Shown: positions 51,780 to 64,000 of the stretch, in pieces
Position numbering within the stretch: position 1 is the stretch's first letter
Layout of the letters: each line of letters begins with the position of its first letter
Assembly (NCBI GenBank): GCA_951406725.2
Contig: CATOCA020000002.1
Span: 372,001 to 436,000, forward strand
Source: Octopus vulgaris
Lineage: Eukaryota
Length of the DNA: 64,000 nucleotides
Direction: 5' to 3'
Position numbers and translations under genes: made by a program
The notes under the pieces: model-generated
What the model was told of the DNA's origin: nothing
Database searches by the model: none
The model's input: the letters and a program-made list of their open reading frames with translations, nothing else

Positions 51780-52461
51780 AATACTGCTGGCAGTACTGTG
51801 CAAGCAGTCGATAAGAGCTTGCCACAGCTGACAAAGTAAAGTATTGATTTTTTCCAGCTGGGTGTGTGTCAAATTTTTCGGTGGCTCAAGCCAAATCCTA
51901 AGCAAATTGAGAGTAGTCTCTATATGTTGGGGGTGCAGAATTTCAAGGAAAGATTATAAGAAAATGTGTCCTAAGTCAAAGAAATCACACATGTCAAATT
52001 TGATGTGAAATTCAGTTGAAAATTGTAGGAGAAGTGGTTCACACAACACACACACCCAGACAGACAACTTTTAATATATAAGATCAAACATATACTGTTG
52101 CATAGACATGGTGGGTTCAAATCTTAGGCGAATTGAGAGTAGTCTATATATGTTAGGGTATGGAATTTCAAGGAAAAAATTATGAGAAAATATGTCCTAA
52201 GTCGAAGAGAGCACATGTGTCAAATTTGGTGAAATTCAGTTGAAAATTGTAAGAGTAGAAGTGGTTTACTCAACATACAGACAGGCAGACAACTTGCCTT
52301 TTAATATATAAGATAGATAGATAGATATGTATGTGTGTAATCATGCATGCATGCATTTATGTATATATGTATGTTTGTATGTATATATAAATAAATGTAT
52401 GTGTATGTGTATCTATCTATCTATCTATCTATCAATATATATATATATATATATATGTGAA

Positions 52462-52800
52462 GGCGCATGGCTCAGTGGTTAGAGCGTCGAGCTTACGATC
52501 GTGAGGTTGTGAGCTCGAATCCCGGAACGGGCTGCGTGTTGTGTTCTTGAGCAAGGCACTTTATTTCACGTTGCTCCAGTTCACTCAGCTGTAGAAATGA
52601 GTTGCGACGTCACAGGTGCCAAGCTGTATCGACCTTTGTCTTTCCCTTGGATAATACTGGTGGCGTGGAGAGGGAGGCTGGTATGCATGGGCGACTGCTG
52701 GTCTTCCATAAAACAACCTTGCCCGGACTTGTGTCTAGGAGGATAACTTTCTAGGTGCAATCCCATGGTCATTCATGACCGAAGGGGGTCTTTACCCCTT
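52462..52800 (+). mobile_element. Full-length tRNA-derived SINE
   Basis: A-box TGGCTCAGTGG, B-box-like GCTCGAATCC, central TTGAGCAAGGCACTT..CACTCAGCTGTA block resembling conserved SINE central domains. Confidence 0.85.
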
Positions 52801-52862
52801 TATATATATATATATATATACACACATATATATATATACACATACATACATATATATATAAA

Positions 52863-52895
<33 letters not shown>

Positions 52896-52935
52896 TATAC
52901 TTATAGCTCCGTGTCTATGTGTTCAGTCTTGGCAA

Positions 52936-53022
52936 CCTACTGAAGATGCAACGCCAGATATAGACTGAAATTATTTTATTTCAATCTGTATTTAAGTCTG
53001 CAGAAACCTTGCAGGGTTTAGG
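52936..53022 (+). ncRNA. Type I hammerhead ribozyme with extended helix II
   Basis: CCTA-CTGAAGA-TGCA..TGCA-GAAACCT-tgca-GGGTT-TAGG. Intact core, palindromic loop III, GUU triplet. Confidence 0.75.
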
Positions 53023-53568
53023 ATTAAGGTAAAAGATTTGATTTTTCAATCAATTTCGGAATTACAACAGTTAGTGGCTTGGAGTTTAACTACTCTTTCT
53101 AGTGAGTCAGATATCCTATTCTTTGGGTATCTCTTTTGTGTTTGAATGTACACTGTATTCTTCTCTGAATAATATATAGCCTATTGACTAATTTTTTCCT
53201 TCTCGCTAGACCAGTGGTAACTAAAAATTTTTTCGATAAATATTCTTGCTACCCTAAGATTTTAATATATATATATATAAATATATATCTATATATATCT
53301 ATAAATATATATCTATATATATATATAAATATATATCTATATATATATATATATATAAATATATATCTATATATATAAATATATATCTATATATATATCT
53401 ATATATATAAATGTATATCCAAAAAGCAATAAAGATTCAAGTTAATTTAAATGAATTTACTTGAATATGGTACCTAACTTAGATGCTCCAAAAAAAACTA
53501 TACTGTTTTAACAATACAGTAATGTGGGGTGATTATAAGCGAGAAAGAAGCAACAAGAATGGATAGGT

Positions 53569-53659
53569 TTTTAGTACAATCGTTTCATACAAGGACAGGC
53601 TTTATTAAAAGTTGTAAAAATTGCAGCATATAAACGTGTCCTGTACTCATCAGCTAAAA
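53569..53659 (-). ncRNA. Type I hammerhead ribozyme in an inverted pLTR-type island (53538-53606 inverted at ~54251-54319)
   Basis: TTTTAG-CTGATGA-GTACAGGACA..TGTCCTTGTAT-GAAAC-gatt-GTA-CTAAAA; 6-bp helix I. Confidence 0.8.
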
Positions 53660-54525
53660 TACATGTGAGTTCTCTAGACATCCTATTGGTTGAGGCTATA
53701 CTCATGAAGTAGATAATTAAGTAACATAAACAGATTTCCAAAGTTCATTAAAGTTCTTTAAAGATGATGTACAGTCTTATCACAGAATTTTAAAAAAGTT
53801 TTAACAGTATCACAGAGAAGGTGACCTAATCCACAGTGCACATATGAATATCCAGAGATATGATGAGGGATTACATACTCACAGACGACAAATTTATCCA
53901 TTGTTAATCAAAACGAGGTGGGTCTCAATTCCTGCTTATTAGCATTACAGAGAGGGTGAATTAATCCTTTGTATAGATGCACAATTTCCAATGGTGTAGA
54001 TGTAAATTTCCAGAGAAATGAAGAGGAATTTCATATTCACAGGCGATAAATTTATCAATGGTTGAACACAATGAGGTAGGTATCAATTCTTGTTATATGA
54101 TTAGGTATTTGCCACATTAATCACATTACTGCTATTTACAAGAGGCTGTAGCTATTTAACTGTTAAAGGCTGAAGGGCTTTCTAGAGAGGCAAAGAATAG
54201 AAAAGGGGAGGGAATAGAAGAAAAGAGAGAAAATAAAGGAGGAGGAAGCAAATAAAGCCTGTTCTTGTATGAAACGATTGTACTAAAAACCTATCCATTC
54301 TTGTTGCTTCTTTCTCGCTATAAATGTATATCTATATATATAAATGTAAATCTATATATATAAATGTATATCTATATATATAAAAGTATATCTATATATA
54401 TATAACTGTATATCTATATATATAAATGTATATCTATATATATAAATATATATCTATATATATAAATGTATATCTATATATATAAATGTATATCTAAATA
54501 TATAAATGTATATCTAAATATATAA

Positions 54526-54573
<48 letters not shown>

Positions 54574-54858
54574 AATATATAAATGTATATATATATATAT
54601 AAATATAAATATAAATATATAAATATATATCTATATATATAAATGTATATCTATATATATATAAATGTATATCTATATATATAAATGTATATCTAAATAT
54701 ATAAATGTATATATATATATAAAAATATATATATATCAATATAAATATATATATAAATATATATATATATAAATATATATATAAATAAATATATATATAA
54801 ATATATATATAAATATATATATATATATAAATAAATATATATATAAATGTATATATAA

Positions 54859-54935
<77 letters not shown>

Positions 54936-54939
54936 TATA

Positions 54940-55190
54940 CCCTGCATGGGGTGCATGCAGATGTCTTTAAAATGAAACTGGATCTCTTCCTGTCAGGTGT
55001 CCCAGATGAACCAACTTCACGGCAGGAGGTGCAGATGAGGGCAGCTGCATCGAACTCTCTCATGCACCAAATGGCAGTTGCTAGAAAGCGTTCGTGAAGT
55101 AAAACCAAGTAGCAACACCAAATGGCGGTGCCCCAACATGGCCACAGCTCATGAGCTGAAACTAGAATCAATCAATCAATCAATCAATCA
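54940..55190 (+). mobile_element. 3' end of the CR1/L2-group LINE with (AATC)n tail
   Basis: Matches 58090-58320. Confidence 0.88.
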
Positions 55191-55223
55191 TATATAAATA
55201 TATATATAAATATATATATATAA

Positions 55224-55298
<75 letters not shown>

Positions 55299-56039
55299 TA
55301 TATAAAAATATATATATATAAATATATATATATAGATATATATATATATAAATATTTATATATAAATATATAAATATATATATAAATATATATATATAAA
55401 TATATATATATATAAATATATATATATAATAGGATTAGCTCGTATACGAGTAGGTATATATTTGTAAAAAATGAAGTTCGAAAATGCTGCTATATTATAC
55501 AATTTTTAATTTTTATATATACATTATAACATGTTTCAGTTCCTGAAATGAACCTTATCAAAAAAAGTTATATATAAAAAAAGACAGCTCATGCCGTCAA
55601 ACACAAGAAATTCATTTATAATACACAACGGAGTCAGACATCTTAGAGTTCATGTATAGTTGATATATAGTTTGAAGTAAGTTCATTCATGCTATATGTT
55701 CAAAGTGTTCGATGCAGTGGCCCACGGTGGCGATACGTATTCAATACAAAAAACAGATCAAGGTGGTGGAAAGCAGTCAATACAGAAGATTGATGTTTCC
55801 GAAAGAGCGAGGAATTCATTTTTACCTTAAGCAATTGTGGTGACCCATGGTGGGTGTTCGCTGGGTGGTTCTAGTGAGTCTTGTGAATTGCTCGGTTTTA
55901 TAATGCCTGTTAGGTGGTCAGTCCAGCGTAGCGTGACGTCATCAATGTTTTGACCAATCGTTTCGTTAGGTGGCTTTAGTCAAGCAGAACGGGACGTCAT
56001 CATCATTTTGACCAATCGCTGTATTATAACTATATAAAT

Positions 56040-56118
<79 letters not shown>

Positions 56119-56184
56119 TATATATCTCAAGGGCGGTGCCCCAGCATGGCCTCAGCCGGATGGCTGAAACAAGTAAAAGAGTAA

Positions 56185-56237
<53 letters not shown>

Positions 56238-56274
56238 AAATATATATATATATATATATAATATATATATATGA

Positions 56275-56344
<70 letters not shown>

Positions 56345-56610
56345 ATATAAATATAAATACATATATAAATATATATATAAATAAATATATATATAAATAT
56401 ATATATAAATATATATATAAATAGATATATAAATAAATATATATATATAAATATATATATATAAATATATATATAAATATATATATATATAAATATAAAT
56501 ATAAATATATATATAAATATGTATATATAAATATATATATAAATAAATATATATATAAATATATATATAAATATATATATAAATATATATATAAATAAAT
56601 ATATATATAA

Positions 56611-56643
<33 letters not shown>

Positions 56644-56653
56644 AATATATATA

Positions 56654-58320
56654 ATAAAGGCTATAGATGAGATGAAAACAAACTCAGCTACTGGCCCCGA
56701 TGGATTCCCGGCAATCCTTCTAAAAGTATGTAAGAGAGTCCTAGCAAGACCACTGCAGTCTCTCTTTCAGAGCTTCCTTGCAACTGGCAAACTTCCAAGA
56801 AAACTGAAGGAAGGTAAAATATGCCCTATTCATAAAGGAGGTAGCAGAGCGGAGGCCAAGAACTAAAGAACTATCTCTCTGACCTCACACATCAGCAAGG
56901 TCATGGAACGAATAGTCAGAAGGAAACTAATCATCTTCCTTGAAGAAAATGACTTGCTGCCTGACACCCAACATGGTTTCCGACCAGGAAGAAGCTGCTT
57001 AACTCAGCTCCTACAACTCTATGACTGGGTGCTGAAACGACTGCTCAACCACACAAATGTGGAAGTGATATATCTCGACTTTGCAAAGGCCTTTGATAAA
57101 GTCGATCATGGAATGATATGTCACAAACTGCGTGATCTCAACATAGTTGGAATACTGGGAGAATGGCTTCATGACTTTCTGAAGGATAGAAGTCAGGTGG
57201 TAGTAGCCAATGGGGCCACTTCCATTAACACACAAATAGTGAGCGGTGTTCCGCAGGGCACTGTTTTGGGACCACTACTGTTCATAATGGCCCTTTCAGA
57301 CATGCCCTCAGCCACGCAAGGAGCCACGATCACAAGTTATGCAGATGATACAAAAGTTTCACAGGCAATACAGAACCCTGAAGACACTAAGCACCTGCAA
57401 TTTGAGCTGGACAAAATATACAAGTGGGCTGAAAAGATTAGCATGCAGTTCAATGCTGAAACGTTTCAAGCTTTATGCTATCAGCATGCAAAACTGAATG
57501 CAATACCCAATGAATACACTGGACCTGGAGGGATTGCAATCCCAGAGGCACAATCAGTGCGTGACCTGGGTATTCACATGAGTGATGACACGACATTTCA
57601 TGTACATGTTACTAAACTGGCAATGAAATGTAGACGGCTGGCCGGATGGATTCTCAGAACCTTTAGAACAAGAGAACAAGAAACCATGATGGTCCTCTGG
57701 AGGACACTTGTCCTAAGCCACTTTGACTATTGCTCTCAGCATTGGTCACCATCCAGTGTCAAGTTGATCACAGAACTTGAGGCGATTCAATGTAGCTACA
57801 CGAAGAAGATAGCCTCTGTGCAGAATATAAGCTACTGGGAAAGACTCAAGAGATTAAAACTCTATTCCTTGGAGCGTAGGCGAGAAAGATATGCCATAAT
57901 ATACATCTGGAAGATCCTGGAGGGACTTGTCCCAAACTTTGGCATCGAGAGTTACACAAATGCCAGAACTGGGCGCCACTGCATGGTGCCTAGGGCTCCA
58001 AATTTGCCATGAAGATGTAGGTCAAGATACTGTGATAGCCTGGGCTTCCGAGGCTCACAGCTCTTCAATATCCTCCCGAAGAACCTAATACCTGCATGCG
58101 GTGGATGCAGATGTCTTTAAAATGAAACTGGATCTCTTCTTGTCAGGTATCCCAGATGAACCAACTTCACGGCAGGAAGTACAGATGAGCTGCATCGAAC
58201 TCTCTCATGCACCAAATGGCAGTTGCTAAAAAGCATTCGTGAAGTAAAACCATGTAGCAACACCAAATGGCGGTGCCCCAGCATGGCCACAGCTCGTAAG
58301 CTGAAACTAGAATCAATCAT
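56654..58320 (+). mobile_element. 5'-truncated CR1/L2-group LINE (RT)
   Basis: ATGPDG, QHGFR, DFAKAFDKVDH, SGVPQGTVLGPLLF, YADD, RDLGI and YSLERRRER; AATC tail. Confidence 0.92.
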
Positions 58321-58388
58321 ATAAATATATATATAAATATATATATATATAAAAATATATATATGTAAAAATATTTATATATATAAAT

Positions 58389-58624
<236 letters not shown>

Positions 58625-59184
58625 TATATATATAATATATATATATATATAAATATATAATGATATGTAGAAAAATACAAACTGAGACAAGAACGCATAA
58701 AAACTTAGAAGACGATACAACAAACACAGACAGGACATTCGAAGCCCTCAGTCTTCAGTCAAGAACCGGATCATCGTAGTAATTTCGGCTGATTAATCTT
58801 GAGATTACTAGAAGCGGCCAGCCCTCCAGGAAAAACTAAGCAACGAGCATTAGAAAAGCTAAGCTAGGAGCGTAGATTTCCTGGAAGAAGGATCGAATGC
58901 ATACAAACACAAAGACAGCAAAACGGACGGTGCCACACGAATATAAAAAAAAAACAATAATGAAATACAAAAACGTGGAATACAAAAGCAATAATGGTAA
59001 AAACAGCAAGTGTCTTACGACTAATAACAGTGCAAACAATATATAAATATATATATAAAAATATATATATATAAATATATATTTATAAATATATATATAT
59101 ATATATATAAATATGTATATATATATAATATATATATATATATATAAATATGTATATATATATAAATATGTATATATAAATATG

Positions 59185-59263
<79 letters not shown>

Positions 59264-59464
59264 ATATATATAAATATATATATATATAGTATATATATAA
59301 GTATATATATATATGAAAATATATATATATATATATAATTAATTAATAAGGGTGAGAGAATTAGATACTAATTTAATAGTATGTCTATTCAACACCAAGT
59401 GGTCTAGTGCTACGAGAAACCTGGATTATTATAATATTTTATAACATATTATAATATTTTTACA

Positions 59465-61072
<1,608 letters not shown>

Positions 61073-61240
61073 AAGTCTCTCAAGAACGGGATTTTTGCCC
61101 TGTTACTGAGTGTTTGCAGTCCTCTGATATATACTTATATATATATTTATATACATATATTTATATATATATATATTTATATATATATATATTTATATAT
61201 ATATTCATATATATATATATTCATATATATATATTTATAC

Positions 61241-61274
<34 letters not shown>

Positions 61275-61305
61275 TTATATATATATATATATTTATATAT
61301 ATTAT

Positions 61306-62020
61306 ATTGAGGGTACTACTATTCGTAGATACCAACACGCTAAGAGGGACCAATGCGGTCAAAACTACTAAAATAAACAAAATTTTAACGAATGCAGAAC
61401 TTCAAAACACATCATTTCAAAAAAGAATTCAGTTACATATCACATGTGATTTCGCATTTAATGCAGAATATGCATTTCATGTTCCTCAGTGCAAGAAACT
61501 CAAGAAATATAAGAGAAAACATAACATTACAAGCTCGATAGCCAACCGTAGAATTCGTCGTAGCATGTACGAATGTTTATCTTTACATATCTATGAAAAT
61601 GGCAGGCTTATTCGCAATGCATTTCGGTACCCAAATTGTCTAGTCGGAATAAAAATTCAGTATTGAACTATTCCGGTGAAAAATATAAATTAACAATTGA
61701 GGATAAAATCTTTAAAAGAAATTATCAGTAGTCAGCGTGAAAAACCTCGTAAGAGAAAAAATCCGTAAAATCTTCCTCTTTGAAAATATTCATTTACATT
61801 GAGGGTACTACTATTCGTAGATACCAATACGCTAAGAGGGACCAATGCGGTCAAAACTACTAAAATAAACAAAATTTTACCGAATGCAAAACTTCAAAAC
61901 ACATCATTTTAAAAAAGAATTCAGTTACATATCACATGTGATTTCGCATTTAATGCAGAATATGCATTTCATGTTCGTCAGTGCAACAAACTCATTTTAT
62001 CCTCAATTGTTAATTTATAT
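61306..62020 (-). repeat. 492-nt tandem monomer with two hammerheads (61433-61494, 61925-61986) and short terminal inversion
   Basis: 61306-61494 is repeated at 61798-61986. Minus strand: TTGCA-CTGA(G/C)GA-acat..atgc-GAAATCAC-at-GTGATA-TGTAA. 61995-62020 inverts 61684-61708. Confidence 0.8.
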
Positions 62021-62023
62021 ATT

Positions 62024-62063
<40 letters not shown>

Positions 62064-62107
62064 TTGATATATATATATTTATATATATATATATATATTT
62101 ATATATT

Positions 62108-62139
<32 letters not shown>

Positions 62140-62223
62140 TTGATATATATATATTTATATATATATATATATTATATATATATATATATTTTATATATAT
62201 ATATTTTGATATATATATATTTT

Positions 62224-62254
<31 letters not shown>

Positions 62255-62349
62255 ATATTTTGATATATATATATTTTTATATATATATATATATTTATAT
62301 ATATATTTAAATATTTATATATATATATTTATATATATATTTATATATT

Positions 62350-62382
<33 letters not shown>

Positions 62383-62493
62383 TTATATATATATTTATAT
62401 ATTTATATATATATATAAATATTTATATATATATTTATATATATATTTATTTATATATATATTTATATATATATGTATATTTATTTATATATA

Positions 62494-62553
<60 letters not shown>

Positions 62554-62556
<3 letters not shown>

Positions 62557-63059
62557 ATATATATAAAACTCTAGTTGTGTGAGTGTCTGTCCCCTTCGAT
62601 TTAGATTCCTAACTCCTCCCACATTTTGCGGTGCAGTTTAACCAAATTCGGGTATCTTATAGTCGTGATTCATATCGAGCCCGTCTGACTATTAGCGCGC
62701 GTCAACGATGAGTCTACGATTTTAAAAATAATTTAACATCATTTTTTATTCCATTTTAATGCATAAAATGCATCGTATGTCGATGGCGGCGGAGTTGGCG
62801 TCCACGCTCACAGCTGCACCTGTTTGCTTCTCCCCCTTCCCTCCCTCGTGAAGCTGTGGGGAAGGGAGTGTAAAGAAATCAACGTCGTAAGGCGTTGTGA
62901 AGGAAACCAGCGTTCTTTTAGAACAACGACTTCATGGCTTGAAGACACCAAAACAAAAATGGCTAAGAAAGCCCGAATTTATAAGGGAAGTAACTCTCTA
63001 AAAATGCTTATATAGTTATTTCCCTTACAAACCCGAGCAACGCCGGGCGATACTGCTAG
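62554..63059 (+). mobile_element. Non-autonomous Helitron-like element
   Basis: 5' TC, 3' hairpin CCCGAGCAACGCCGGG then CTAG, inserted in A|T. Confidence 0.75.
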
Positions 63060-63076
63060 TATATATATAAAAATAT

Positions 63077-63229
<153 letters not shown>

Positions 63230-63266
63230 AATATATAAGTTAAAAGAGATTAGGAGATCGAAAATA

Positions 63267-63307
63267 CACCTGACGGATGTCATTGAAGACATGAAACGAT
63301 TGTAGTG
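63267..63307 (+). ncRNA. Hammerhead motif (one core substitution)
   Basis: CAC-CTGACG(G)-ATGTC-attgaa-GACAT-GAAAC-gatt-GTA-GTG. Confidence 0.6.
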
Positions 63308-63483
63308 GCGGTTTATTTCTTCATATTAAAAAATTTTTAGGTATTGATTAAGTCTTTCCTTGTTTGTTTTGCAAAATAGTGGTTTTGTTTCGAATTATAT
63401 TATATAATATTTTACTATAAAATTGGATTTAATCCTAAATCTGATTTTTCCCTGTAAATTTGGATTTATTCCCTAATATTTAT

Positions 63484-63652
<169 letters not shown>

Positions 63653-63677
63653 GGATTTATTCCCTAATATTTATTAT

Positions 63678-63940
<263 letters not shown>

Positions 63941-63967
63941 TTGGATTTATTCCCTAATATTTATTAT

Positions 63968-64000
<33 letters not shown>

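Noticed and set aside
52462-52535. tRNA gene (also 22661-22730)
   Set aside because: No complete cloverleaf; continues into a SINE body.
58770-58835. Hammerhead-like motif (CTGGAGG..CAGCCGAAAT); similar decayed motifs at ~15183-15218 and ~55525-55570
   Set aside because: Two or more core mismatches; not called as ribozymes.

Overview
AT-rich eukaryotic intergenic or intronic DNA made almost entirely of transposon debris and (TA)n/(CA)n microsatellites. The repeat families suggest a cephalopod (octopus-like) genome, which is an inference. No host protein-coding gene could be supported. Recognisable elements: RTE LINEs (one near full length), a CR1/L2-group LINE, an R4/Dong-like restriction-like-endonuclease LINE, several Penelope-like (GIY-YIG) remnants with inverted pLTRs, LTR-retroelement remnants and solo LTRs, Tc1/mariner-type DNA transposons, an 8-bp-TSD foldback MITE, non-autonomous Helitrons and tRNA-derived SINEs. 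Two signals stand out. (1) There are about a dozen type-I hammerhead ribozyme (HHR) motifs, some in ~345-nt and ~492-nt tandem retrozyme-like monomers. (2) There is a family of ORF1-only (RRM-like + CCHC) Tx1/L1-like elements lacking RT. Two divergent copies join the 345-nt HHR repeat at exactly the same nucleotide, just 5' of the CUGAUGA core, suggesting a ribozyme-targeting non-autonomous LINE or a protein-coding retrozyme composite. All folds and alignments were done by eye and coordinates are approximate to a few bases.
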